Origin: an uncultured Deferribacteres bacterium
GTDB taxonomy: Bacteria > Zhuqueibacterota > Zhuqueibacteria > Zhuqueibacterales > Geothermadaptataceae
Assembly: GCA_964014485.1 (NCBI GenBank)
Contig: CAXHAT010000007.1
Coordinates: 11,928 to 75,927, forward strand
Length of the DNA: 64,000 nucleotides
Direction of reading: 5' to 3'
Part shown: one piece after another, positions 48,701-56,962 of the stretch
Layout: each line of letters starts with the position of its first letter
Numbering within the stretch: the first letter of the stretch is position 1
The notes under the pieces: generated by a model
The model's input: only the letters and a program-made list of their open reading frames with translations
What the model was told of the DNA's origin: nothing
Databases searched by the model: none
Translations under genes and position numbers: made by a program

Positions 48701-48824
48701 CGCTGAAGCCAGATTTACAAAAATCATTGACGGCGGCGTTGATCGGCTGAACAAAAAACTAACTGCCAAAAAACTAAAACCGCTTGAAATCCTGACCGAG
48801 GAAGAATTTCAAAAGCAAAAATAA
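45726..48824 (+). CDS. Secreted VPS10/sortilin-like BNR-repeat beta-propeller protein (often annotated glycosyl hydrolase)
   Basis: RAIGPAVMSGRI, many SxDGGKTW Asp-box repeats, HPDHHAIWI, YRFNWNTPI and ATHGRGIYI. Confidence 0.85.
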   Translation: MQKYARWILFVLFLSSSLVFGAEKNDEVAKIDPNIFGEISARAIGPAVMSGRITSIDVVNQDKKIIFVGTATGGVWRSKSGGVKFEPIFDKHTQSVGAVRVDQKNPKNIWVGTGEHCPRNSVSVGTGVYKSTDGGENFRSVGLTDSERISNILVDPTNSDVVYVAALGHLWGPNEERGVFKTSDGGKTWEKVLYVDENTGASSLAMDPQDPNILYAGMWEFRRKAYTFNSGGAGSNIYKSIDAGKTWEIMRNGLPEGNFGRIEVAVAPSRPNVVYALVEAKQTALYRSDDLGINWREVNKSSTVTMRPFYFSHLRVDPNNHETVYKPGFTFSASFDGGKSFSAGGFGGSVHPDHHAIWINPDNGDHLLIGTDGGVYESRDRGRSWLFFKNLPVSQFYRASYDMKQPYNVYGGLQDNGSWMGPSSSPGGIANKNWENVGGGDGFYVFPDPADDDVIYLESQGGNIVRRHVSTREAKQIKPFPKEGEEKYRFNWNTPIAFSPTNPKRMYAGSQYLLRSTDQGDSWETISPDLTTDDPEKQKQHLSGGITIDNTTAENHCTIYAISESPQDQTVIWAGTDDGNLQVTADDGKTWTDITANIPNLPPVTWCTSVKASAHDRNTAYATFDGHRNNDMTPYVYKTTDLGKTWQALATDAVEGYALDICEDPVNSDLLFLGTEFGLFVSLDGGVQWVRFKGNLPKVGVREIKIHPRDADVILATHGRGIYIIDDITPLRQITQDVLASDVALFESRSFMISIPGFGQEFNGDDQFVGANPNEVAYITYYLKKRHLFGDMRIEIYGPDGELVKTLSGGKRKGINRATWAMRLPAPRIPRSNTLAMGAMFGPMAKAGTYSVKLIKGDKEYTSSLELKHDPKFGHTAEDRDLQHKTVMQLYGMQEKLAYIAMVTTKARDDAKKNAEGLKKGDGLAKDLTRFADELDAFHKTVVSTSRAGMFGGETRLREKIIQIFGSVNGYAGRPSQTELDRIEVLKGELTDAEARFTKIIDGGVDRLNKKLTAKKLKPLEILTEEEFQKQK

Positions 48825-48835
48825 TGATCGGATGA

Positions 48836-48861
48836 TAGAGACGCGATGCATCGCGTCTCTA
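48836..48861. repeat. GTAG-type REP palindrome
   Basis: Perfect 26-bp palindrome TAGAGACGCGATGCATCGCGTCTCTA, 11 bp after the stop codon. Confidence 0.75.
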
Positions 48862-48910
48862 CATTTTTCAATTTCCCAACCTTTTGAAGAACAAGTCTGT
48901 AGCAGTTCAA

Positions 48911-49194
48911 TTACTTTTATGCACGCATCGTTTGACACGCGCGATCAGAGTCCGAGGGCAACTTTTGATTCTCATTAGCTGCGCGCTTCAGCGCGTAGGA
49001 ATGAGTGCAAATTCATCCCCCCATTTCCTCCCGCCGAGTTAACTCGGCGGGAGGAAAAGAAGAGCGCCCGACCAAGTCCACGCGCTGAAGCGCGCGGCTA
49101 ATGAGACGCCCGGACAGTCAGCGCTGAAGCGCGGCGTTAATGAGACGGCTTTTGTCTCGGGACTCAGGATGTGCGTTGCCGTGCGTAACATCCG
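48911..49194. mobile_element. MITE-like element, shell B, copy without the nested insertion
   Basis: Colinear with 14610-15061. Right TIR GTGCGTAACATCCG is followed by TTACTTA; left end TTACTT has a short deletion in the TIR. Perfect 34-bp central palindrome at 49024-49057. Confidence 0.78.
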
Positions 49195-49238
49195 TTACTT
49201 AAAAATAAAGAGCTTATAACTCTCTTGATTCGTTTTAA

Positions 49239-49267
49239 TTGACATACCGTCGTTCCCTCCCTACATT
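49239..49267 (+). promoter_or_regulatory. Sigma70 promoter
   Basis: TTGACA-17 nt-TACATT upstream of the gene at 49326. Confidence 0.65.
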
Positions 49268-49325
49268 CTTTTGTTTTTCAATGCGTTAAGGCGCAATTTC
49301 ATTTAATTTTTTCGAGGAGGGAATC

Positions 49326-49724
49326 ATGGACATGAAAAAAGCCTTGATCGCCGGTTTGGTCGCCGGGGTCGCTCTTTTTGTGTACGAGTTTGTTATCCAC
49401 GCGTTGTTGCTGGCCGGGACTTACGCCGAGTACAATCAGGTTTTTCGCCAAGACGGCAACCCGGTGTATTTTCCGCTTTTGGCGCTGGCGCAAGCTCTTG
49501 CCGCAGGCGTAATTTTCGCGAAAACGCGTTCTGCGTGGGGCGCGGGCTTCAAAGGCGGCGCTACATTTGGGTTCTGGATTGGGTTGGTTTTCTTTTTCAG
49601 AGAGTTTTACAACCCTCTGACGATTGAAGGCTTCCCGTACTATCTTGCCTGGTGCTGGGGAACGGCTCTGATGCTCGGTTGGATAATCGCCGGGAGCGTG
49701 ATGAGCTTGATGTATAAAGAATAG
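49326..49724 (+). CDS. Small 4-TM membrane protein of unknown function
   Basis: Strong RBS (GAGGAGG) and four hydrophobic segments. Confidence 0.8.
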   Translation: MDMKKALIAGLVAGVALFVYEFVIHALLLAGTYAEYNQVFRQDGNPVYFPLLALAQALAAGVIFAKTRSAWGAGFKGGATFGFWIGLVFFFREFYNPLTIEGFPYYLAWCWGTALMLGWIIAGSVMSLMYKE

Positions 49725-49734
49725 ATTTTATGAG

Positions 49735-49766
49735 TCGTAGAGGTTCAAAGCCTTGAATCTCTACGA
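49735..49766. repeat. Free-standing GTAG-type REP hairpin related to the shell E cargo
   Basis: TCGTAGAGGTTCAA-agcc-TTGAATCTCTACGA. Confidence 0.7.
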
Positions 49767-49858
49767 TAGCTTGGTACTCCCGCCTAAATTTGCCTGCAAT
49801 CCCCCAGACAAATAATCGATTTTGAAAATTGTTTTTCGTTGTCATACAATCTTTGCTC

Positions 49859-49887
49859 TTGCACGACTAAATCAATTGTGTTACTTT
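49859..49887 (+). promoter_or_regulatory. Putative promoter of the toxin-antitoxin operon
   Basis: TTGCAC-17 nt-TACTTT. Confidence 0.45.
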
Positions 49888-49923
49888 TGATTGAAGATTA
49901 TACACGATACGAAGGAGAAAAAA

Positions 49924-50184
49924 TTGGCAGGCACGATTCTAAATACGCGCGTTGATCCAGAAGTGCTAAGCGACGCGGAGAGGATTCTGAAAACTCTTGG
50001 AATTAGCCGATCCGTTGCGATCAACATGTTTTATCGAATGGTCATTCTTAAAAAAGGCTTGCCCTGGAAGCCAAATCTCGACGAGACGGAATATGTCATG
50101 AGCAATCCAAACCTTGTTGAGCAAATCGAACAAAGCATGGATGAGTTTAAAAACGGAGATTTTTTCCTGCGCCGAAGGGGGTGA
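49924..50184 (+). CDS. RelB/DinJ-type antitoxin with YefM-like C-terminus
   Basis: TTG start after AAGGAG; LNTRVDPEV..AERILKTLGISRSVAINMF..GLPW (RHH), then ETEYVMSNPNLVEQI. Confidence 0.8.
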   Translation: MAGTILNTRVDPEVLSDAERILKTLGISRSVAINMFYRMVILKKGLPWKPNLDETEYVMSNPNLVEQIEQSMDEFKNGDFFLRRRG

Positions 50185-50187
50185 CCG

Positions 50188-50505
50188 ATGAGATTGATCG
50201 CCTTTAGCAGCCGCTCATTCGAAGAGTATGAGAAACTCCGCCAAAAGAACAAGGCTTTGCATAAAAAGCTTTTGAAAATCCTGGTCGAAATGCAGCGCGG
50301 AAATCCGTGGGAAGGGGTTGGCAAGCCCGACCCTTTGAAAGGGAATTATTCCGGACTGTGGTCGCGCCGCTTATCCGAAAAAGATCGCGTGATTTATCGA
50401 TTTGATGATAAAATGATTTACGTTTTTGCTATCGGCGGGCATATGGCGACCGATAAGCCAAAAAATTTTATAAGACGGTCTGGTTCTTTAAAAACTTCAT
50501 TGTGA
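50188..50505 (+). CDS. yoeB: Txe/YoeB-family toxin, probably C-terminally frameshifted
   Basis: GVGKPDPLKGNYSGLWSRRLSEKDRVIY; the expected terminal HY is replaced by HMATDK... and the ORF runs into the convergent gene. Confidence 0.85.
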   Translation: MRLIAFSSRSFEEYEKLRQKNKALHKKLLKILVEMQRGNPWEGVGKPDPLKGNYSGLWSRRLSEKDRVIYRFDDKMIYVFAIGGHMATDKPKNFIRRSGSLKTSL

Positions 50506-52228
50506 CCGTCGTTCCTTCTCCTTCCAGGCTCTCCAAAGATACGCTTCCCCCCATTTCTTCGATGATCCGTCGAACGTTTGACAGGCCCAGACCCGTGCCG
50601 TCCGGCTTTGTCGTCAAGCGAGTATAGAATAATTGCTCTTGTAAATCCTGCGACATCCCAACGCCGTTGTCTTGCCAGGAGACAAAGACGTTTTTGTCAC
50701 CCTCCGTCACTTCGACCGTCACGGTTCCCGAATCCTCAATCGCTTCAATGCTGTTGCGCAACACATTCTCAAATGCGCGCCGGAGCTGCACGGCGTCGCC
50801 GACGATCTTTGCATCACTTCCGGAAAAATTTTTGATAAATTGAATTTTCTTTTCCGGGAACTCCTGATAATTTTCCAGCAACGCTTCCACGACCGTCCGA
50901 ACGCGAATTGGCTCGCGCTTGAATGTCTGGCGCATTTGCGCGTAATCCTTGGCAAGACGCTCCAAATATTCAATGCTTTCGGCAACAGTCGATTCGCGTT
51001 CCTTGAAAATCTTTGGCAATTCGGCGGGCGTTTCTTGTGCAGTTTCTCGCCAGTGATTCATTACATTTTTTATCGGCAAGAACCCGTTTTTGATGTCGTG
51101 GTTAACTTGCCGCGCCACCTCGGCGTAAGCCGCTTTTTGTTCCGCCGAAAGAAGTTCGCGTTTGTCTCGTTGCAAGCGCCAAATCATGCGTTCCAGCGAA
51201 GAAGCCAGAACGCCGACTTCATCGTCACGATTGATATGAAAATCAATCTTAGGATTTTCGAGCGAGATTTTTCCTGCAGATTCACTCAACAATCGCAGCG
51301 GCTTGGTAATGATGCGCGCACGCCAAATTGAAAGCAGAATGACGAGCACAATTCCGCCGCCAAAAATAAAAGAGACACTGTCATTGAAGACCCCAAGAAT
51401 TTGCTGCAAAGACGATTTTGGGTAGAGAAACAGCCAGCGCGCTTCAGCCAGCAAACCGTCGCTGACCGTTGGCATGGCAAAATGTCCTGCAGTGAAGTCC
51501 GCGTCAATTTCAGGGGGGGCGACAAAGATTTGTTGGCCTAAAACCGCGTCTTCTAGATTTTCCAGTTCCGTTACGTTTTCGCTTTCGCCAATCGTTTTTT
51601 CCGGCAAAATGAGCAGCAAGATTTCGTCGTCATTTTGGCGCAATTGCTCAAGAAAACCTTCGTTGATCGCCGCGCCCGCCAATAGGCGGAATTTTTTGGC
51701 GCCGAATTGAACTGAATCGAGCACTGTCAGGCAAGTCATCTCACCAGATTGAGCGGAAAAATTAGCCAGCAATGCTGGAACGGTTGACATTTCGTGGTAA
51801 CGGACAAGCGATTGCACGTCCCGCCCAAAGCTTTGGCGGGCATGTCCCGAGCTCACGACTTTTCCCGCCTCGTCGATAATTTCCAGTACGTCCAATCCCA
51901 TCGTTGGCATGAACGACGGCGCGTAGTCGAGAATGTAGCCGTCTAATCGAAAATTCGGTTCGAAAAGAACGCGATAGCGAAATTCGCGATCTTCGCGCAG
52001 AATTTCGGCGAATCCTTGCACTTGCTTTCGAATGAGCTCGCTGCGCGCGGCCAAGGCGGCCTGAATATTTGCCAGAGATTTATCGACGGTTTCTCTGTAT
52101 TGACGGTTAAATTGCTCGGAAACCGTGTGCCTGATCGTCACCGCGAGCAGGAGCATAACGCCAAGAAACAGAGCCGCGTAGGTGAGCGCAAATTTTGTAG
52201 CGAGGGAGGAATGTGATTGTTTTTTCAT
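50468..52228 (-). CDS. HAMP-containing sensor histidine kinase (NtrY-like)
   Basis: Two TM segments, HAMP (ITKPL..RDDEVGVL), H-box ARQVNHDIKN, NVLRNSIEA, DNGVG and GTGLGL. Confidence 0.92.
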   Translation of the reverse strand: MKKQSHSSLATKFALTYAALFLGVMLLLAVTIRHTVSEQFNRQYRETVDKSLANIQAALAARSELIRKQVQGFAEILREDREFRYRVLFEPNFRLDGYILDYAPSFMPTMGLDVLEIIDEAGKVVSSGHARQSFGRDVQSLVRYHEMSTVPALLANFSAQSGEMTCLTVLDSVQFGAKKFRLLAGAAINEGFLEQLRQNDDEILLLILPEKTIGESENVTELENLEDAVLGQQIFVAPPEIDADFTAGHFAMPTVSDGLLAEARWLFLYPKSSLQQILGVFNDSVSFIFGGGIVLVILLSIWRARIITKPLRLLSESAGKISLENPKIDFHINRDDEVGVLASSLERMIWRLQRDKRELLSAEQKAAYAEVARQVNHDIKNGFLPIKNVMNHWRETAQETPAELPKIFKERESTVAESIEYLERLAKDYAQMRQTFKREPIRVRTVVEALLENYQEFPEKKIQFIKNFSGSDAKIVGDAVQLRRAFENVLRNSIEAIEDSGTVTVEVTEGDKNVFVSWQDNGVGMSQDLQEQLFYTRLTTKPDGTGLGLSNVRRIIEEMGGSVSLESLEGEGTTVTMKFLKNQTVL

Positions 52229-54054
52229 TGACTGACGCGCGCTTTTGATAGATCGAATCGCCCGAATCCAAGCAGGCGCAAATCTCTGAGCTTCCTGGGG
52301 AAAACGGCGTAGTTTGTCACTTTGACGAGCGGGTAAATTTGAAGATCGTCAAAAACGCTTTTTTCAAATTCTCTCACCAAAGTTGACGGTTGGCCGTCGT
52401 TAAAATTGTTGAAAAGCGGCTGTTTTTCAGGAGGCAAGATAGCATTCGCGAAGGACGCGGCATTGTGCAATGCGTGATGAAACTCCGGGGAAAAGGCGTC
52501 GATCAAAAGGTCAAAAGCCCGGCTCTTAATTCGTTCTTGAAACACAATTTGGGAGAGTGCGACAGGCGAAAAATGTGGAATTTGGAGTTGCGTTAAACGC
52601 GCGTCCAGACGTTCGGCGATTTGGCGGGCCGTCGGGTCGTTTTTGCGGTAAATCAATTCCAGCGGTCGCTTGCCGCGCCAATTAAGCGGCGCCTGTCGAT
52701 GAATCTCCGTAAAATGATATTCTCCGAAAAAGGTCGAAGCCGCTGCTGCGTTTGCAACGGTTAAAATGTTCGCCAGGTTGGCGCGCTCGACCGCAGCCAA
52801 AACCGCCTGACGAAAAACAGCTTCTCTGAGGGAGCTGCGCCGGGCGTTCATACGTAAAAAATAAGTCGACGCTTCGGGGAAGGCCGCCACTTGCAAGTTT
52901 TCGACACGCTTATAAAATGCGACGTCTTTGGATGAACTTACCAGGGAAAACGCATTTTCCGAAGCAAGCACTGCGTCCAGCAATTTCGGCTCTTCCGTCC
53001 TTTTTAAGGAAAAGCCGGCCAGATTGATCCTTTCGCCGGTGTAGTGAGCGTTGGCTTGAAGCGTCGTCTCGTCTACCTGGCGGAATGTATCGTTTTCTTT
53101 GAGATAAAACGGGCCCGTCCCGAGATCGGGAGAATCGGCTCTGGAAAATTTGCGCACGGCAAAACCAGGGTGAGACAAAAGGGCGAGCAGCCGCGAAACT
53201 GGTTTGACGAATTCAATTTCCAGGATCAGATTGTCGACGATTCGTAAGCCGGAGATTTTAAGAGAATCACCGCGGACAAAAGCGTCGCCGCCCGCAATTT
53301 TTTGCAAAACCCAGCGGATCGATTGCGCCGAAGCGTCAGGTTTGCGCCAATTGCTTTCCCAGCCTTTTTTTAGCGTTTTTGCATCGAGTGTTGTTCCGTC
53401 GGAGAATCGGCGAGCGTCTTTTAGCCGAATTTTCCAGCGACGACCTGCTTGCTGCATTTCTATATTTTCAGCAAGAACGTACGTCAATTCTCCCGTTTTG
53501 CTCATTTTGACCAATGGCTCATAAACAAGCCCTGAAAAGCTTTCCAAGATGAGTTGATCGATGTTCGTCTTGTTGGAAAAAATGAATTGCAATCGAGCGT
53601 TGCCGGAAGCGTTTTGGAATGCGTCAAGCGCTGCGGCTTGAGAAGCGACGTCTTCCGTAATCAACGCGTCGCTTTCGGTCAGAGGAAGTGAGGGAGCGTC
53701 ACGTGGAGTTCTTTCAAAAAAGGGAAAAACAAACAACGCACCGCTTTTTTGGACGACGAACGGTGAGTCTCGTGAATCCGGCGATTCAGCCATGTATGTT
53801 TTTAGGGCGATTTCGTAGGATTCTCTGCGAATTTCGAATGCATCTGGCTGACTGGTTTTGTCGGTCTTGAGCAGCGCTATAGCCGCATCGACAAGTTGGC
53901 GCTCCGCAAGAGAAAGCTGATGATAGGGCGTGACGTTTTCGACGCCTGCTTTTTTTGCCAGATTTCCGCCGGCGCAGGAAATGAGAAAAGCGCTGCACGC
54001 TAGCGCAGATAGCAGCACAAAAAAAAGAGGTGAGCAACGATCTTGATTTTCCAT
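52225..54054 (-). CDS. Family-5 solute-binding-protein-like lipoprotein
   Basis: Likely start MENQ.. at 54054 with lipobox LISC; LVYEPLV, RFSDGTTLDA, GTGPF and FRQAVLAAVER. Confidence 0.75.
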   Translation of the reverse strand: MENQDRCSPLFFVLLSALACSAFLISCAGGNLAKKAGVENVTPYHQLSLAERQLVDAAIALLKTDKTSQPDAFEIRRESYEIALKTYMAESPDSRDSPFVVQKSGALFVFPFFERTPRDAPSLPLTESDALITEDVASQAAALDAFQNASGNARLQFIFSNKTNIDQLILESFSGLVYEPLVKMSKTGELTYVLAENIEMQQAGRRWKIRLKDARRFSDGTTLDAKTLKKGWESNWRKPDASAQSIRWVLQKIAGGDAFVRGDSLKISGLRIVDNLILEIEFVKPVSRLLALLSHPGFAVRKFSRADSPDLGTGPFYLKENDTFRQVDETTLQANAHYTGERINLAGFSLKRTEEPKLLDAVLASENAFSLVSSSKDVAFYKRVENLQVAAFPEASTYFLRMNARRSSLREAVFRQAVLAAVERANLANILTVANAAAASTFFGEYHFTEIHRQAPLNWRGKRPLELIYRKNDPTARQIAERLDARLTQLQIPHFSPVALSQIVFQERIKSRAFDLLIDAFSPEFHHALHNAASFANAILPPEKQPLFNNFNDGQPSTLVREFEKSVFDDLQIYPLVKVTNYAVFPRKLRDLRLLGFGRFDLSKARVSQ

Positions 54055-54084
54055 TTGCAAACAGGCGATTTTGGGCAGGTCATC

Positions 54085-54191
54085 GGAGTGCAAGGCTTGC
54101 CTTGCGAAGCCTGGAGGCTTTTCAATCTCATCCAATACTTTCAGACGTTTTTCAGCAAGCAGGATGAAAAGCAAAGCAAGCTTTGCACTCC
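54085..54191. repeat. GGAG-type REP doublet
   Basis: GGAGTGCAAGGCTTGCCTTGC ... GCAAAGCAAGCTTTGCACTCC; both arms are identical to those at 56818-56935. Confidence 0.8.
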
Positions 54192-54437
54192 ATTTTCGAT
54201 TCACAACCTGGATCAAATATAGAAAAGTCTCTGAAACAAAGCCAAGAACAATGGTTTGCACTGTCGAGAACCCGCACCGTTTTTGCATTGGCGCGGTCGC
54301 CTGCAACTTTCAGGAAGTCGGATTGTCCACAATAATTGTCGTGTTTTGGTCTGTAACAAATTTCTCCGGCGCGGCGTAGCTTTTGGGGCGCTGGGGAAAG
54401 AGGAAGTGACATAAATTTTGCGGACAGGTGGCAGGTT

Positions 54438-55535
54438 ATGAAAAAAGCGATTCTTTGGATTGTTATTCTCGTCGTAGTCGGCGGCGGCGGGTTTATGGCG
54501 TTTTCGGTTTTGAGCGAAGACGATAGTGAAAACGGCCCTAAAACGGTGGCTGTGGAACGTCGTACAATTGTTGACAAGGCGCTTGCCGTCGGGACGATTG
54601 ACCCGGAAACGGAAATCGACGTGAAGTCGAAAGTCTCGGGCGTCGTCAAGCGGCTTTTTGTTGATGCTGGAGATTTTGTGAAAGCCGGCGCTCCAATTCT
54701 GGAAGTCAAGCCGGATCCCACCCCTCTCGAACTTGCCGAAGCCACGCGCGAAGTTGAAATGAAAGGCATCGGGCTAACTACTGCTCAAAAAGAAAAAGAT
54801 CGCGTGAAAGCGCTGGTTGAACGCAACCTCGTTTCTGAAAAGGAATTTGACGATGCGACGCAAGTTTTTGAAGAAGCAAATTTGCGCTACAGCATCGCCA
54901 AAGAGCGGCTCGCGTTGATTGAAAAGGGCAAAGTGCAAATCGCCAACACGCAAATCGAATCGGTGATCAAAGCGCCGATCAGCGGTTTTGTTTTGGAAAA
55001 AATGATCGAGGTCGGCGACCCTGTCGTGCCTTCAAGCACGTACCAGGCCGGCGATGTGCTCATGACCATGGCGAACATGGAGAATCTGATTTTTAAAGGC
55101 ACGGTCGACGAAATTGACGTGGGCAAGTTGACTGAAGGCATGGAAGCGGTGATCGACGTGGGCGCTATTCCCGGCGAAGACGGCGTTCAGGGCAGATTGC
55201 GAAAGATTTCACTGAAGGCGGTGAAGGAAAACAACACCACGGTTTTCCCCGTCGAGGTTGATTTAACCTACACGAACGGTTCGGTTTTGCGCGCTGGCTA
55301 TTCGGCCAACGCCAACATTATTATTGCCAAAAAAGAAGACGTATTTTCCATCCCGGAACGTGTCGTTACGTTTCGCAACGATTCCGCTTTTGTGAAAATC
55401 CCGACGGACGAGCTTGGCGGTGAGAAAGAAATTTACATCGAAACCGGCCTTTCCGACGCGATTTATATCGAGGTCGTCTCCGGGCTTAAAGAAGACCAGA
55501 GAGTGCTTGAAAAACCTGTGAAAAAGATCGAGTAG
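54438..55535 (+). CDS. MacA-like membrane fusion (efflux adaptor) protein
   Basis: N-terminal TM, VKSKVSGVVKRLFVDAGDFVKAG, IKAPISG, VDEIDVGKL and TGLSD. Confidence 0.9.
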   Translation: MKKAILWIVILVVVGGGGFMAFSVLSEDDSENGPKTVAVERRTIVDKALAVGTIDPETEIDVKSKVSGVVKRLFVDAGDFVKAGAPILEVKPDPTPLELAEATREVEMKGIGLTTAQKEKDRVKALVERNLVSEKEFDDATQVFEEANLRYSIAKERLALIEKGKVQIANTQIESVIKAPISGFVLEKMIEVGDPVVPSSTYQAGDVLMTMANMENLIFKGTVDEIDVGKLTEGMEAVIDVGAIPGEDGVQGRLRKISLKAVKENNTTVFPVEVDLTYTNGSVLRAGYSANANIIIAKKEDVFSIPERVVTFRNDSAFVKIPTDELGGEKEIYIETGLSDAIYIEVVSGLKEDQRVLEKPVKKIE

Positions 55536-55541
55536 ACCGCC

Positions 55542-56786
55542 ATGAGTTTTTTTTCAAATTTTGCCATGCTGCTGCGTGATCTTTGGTCGCAAAAGTTACG
55601 CACTTTTTTGACGCTTTTTGGCATCATGTGGGGGACGATGTCGGTGATTTTATTGCTCGCTTTCGGCTCGGGCGTGCATAAGCAAAACCGCAAAAATCAG
55701 GCGGGCATCGGCGAAGGCGTGGTGATCGTTTGGGGCGGTACGACGGGCTTGCCCTACAAAGGCTTCAATAAAGGACGCCCGATTCGGCTCGTCGAGGAAG
55801 ACGTCGATTTGTTGCGCCGGGAGATTCCGGAAATCAAGTATATCAGCCCGGAATATTCAACCTCGCGGCCAAAAGTACGCGGCCCGCTGAACGTTGAACA
55901 AACGAACATCACCGGGATTATCCCGGAATACGAAGATATTCGTAACGTCTTTCCATCTGCCGGGGGGCGTTTTATTAATGATCTTGACCTGCAATTTAAC
56001 CGTCGCGTTGCATTCATCGGCGACCGCTTGCGCGATTTCTTATTTGGCAAAGGCAAGGATGTAATTGGCGAGAACCTTCTCATCAATGATACGCCTTTTA
56101 CTATTGTCGGCGTCCTGCAGAAGAAAAAACAAAATTCCAGTTACAATACCCGCGACAACAACCGCGTTTTTATTCCCGCTACCACTTTTCAATCCATATT
56201 CGGCGCGCGCAATCTTTCCAATATTGTCTACAAACCCTATTCGCCTGAATTGCACAGCGCTTACATTCGCAATCGCATGTATGAAGTGATGGGCAAAAAA
56301 TACACCTTTGACCCGAACGACGAAGACGCATTGTGGATTTGGGACACGGCGGAGTTCGCTGAAATTTTTGAAGCTTTTATGAACGGCTTCAAGATTTTCC
56401 TGGGTATGATCGGCGCTTTTACGCTCACGGTCGGCGGCGTTGGCGTGGCGAATATTATGTATGTGGTGGTCAAGGAACGCACGCGCGAAATCGGCGTGAA
56501 ACGTGCGGTTGGCGCGAAGAAAAAGCACATTCTTGCTCAATTCTTGTTTGAGTCAAGCACGATTGTTGGCGTGGGGGCGGTGATTGGCTTTTTGCTGGCG
56601 TGGGGAGTCATTTCGCTGATGCAGATGCTGCCGGACGAAGCGACGGAAGAAATCGGCAAGCCCATTTTGTCGGGAGAAGTCGCGGTTGCGAGCGTTTTGC
56701 TGCTCGGCCTTGTCGCGACGATGGCCGGTTATTTTCCCGCACGCCGCGCCGCGACAATCGATCCTGTGGAAGCCTTACGAAGTTAA
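55542..56786 (+). CDS. MacB/FtsX-like ABC permease
   Basis: KLRTFLTLFGIMWG, VGGVGVANIM..VKERTREIGVKRAVGA and PARRAATIDPVEALR. Confidence 0.92.
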   Translation: MSFFSNFAMLLRDLWSQKLRTFLTLFGIMWGTMSVILLLAFGSGVHKQNRKNQAGIGEGVVIVWGGTTGLPYKGFNKGRPIRLVEEDVDLLRREIPEIKYISPEYSTSRPKVRGPLNVEQTNITGIIPEYEDIRNVFPSAGGRFINDLDLQFNRRVAFIGDRLRDFLFGKGKDVIGENLLINDTPFTIVGVLQKKKQNSSYNTRDNNRVFIPATTFQSIFGARNLSNIVYKPYSPELHSAYIRNRMYEVMGKKYTFDPNDEDALWIWDTAEFAEIFEAFMNGFKIFLGMIGAFTLTVGGVGVANIMYVVVKERTREIGVKRAVGAKKKHILAQFLFESSTIVGVGAVIGFLLAWGVISLMQMLPDEATEEIGKPILSGEVAVASVLLLGLVATMAGYFPARRAATIDPVEALRS

Positions 56787-56789
56787 GAA

Positions 56790-56962
56790 CTGACGTTACG
56801 CAGCCAATTTAGAATATGGAGTGCAAGGCTTGCCTTGCAATTCCGCTGCGTTTTTGCCTGAACTTTTTCGTTAAAATTCTGAATGCGCCGTTTCTTGTTG
56901 GCCAAAGCTGAAAAGCAAAGCAAGCTTTGCACTCCTTACGTTTGCGGCACGCGTAATATCGG
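56790..56962. mobile_element. MITE-like element, shell B, carrying a different (GGAGTGCA) REP doublet
   Basis: Ends CTGACGTTACGC / GCGTAATATCGG, flanked by the 7-bp direct repeat TTAAGAA at 56783-56789 and 56963-56969. Confidence 0.75.

Noticed and set aside
54055..54306. N-terminal extension of the SBP ORF (likewise 44373-44549, 13627-13758 and 42675-42758 for other genes)
   Set aside because: The extensions run through repeats or precede a better start with a signal peptide or RBS.
12433..56962. Repeats as a CRISPR array
   Set aside because: They are dispersed inverted repeats, not regularly spaced direct repeats with unique spacers, and no cas genes are present.
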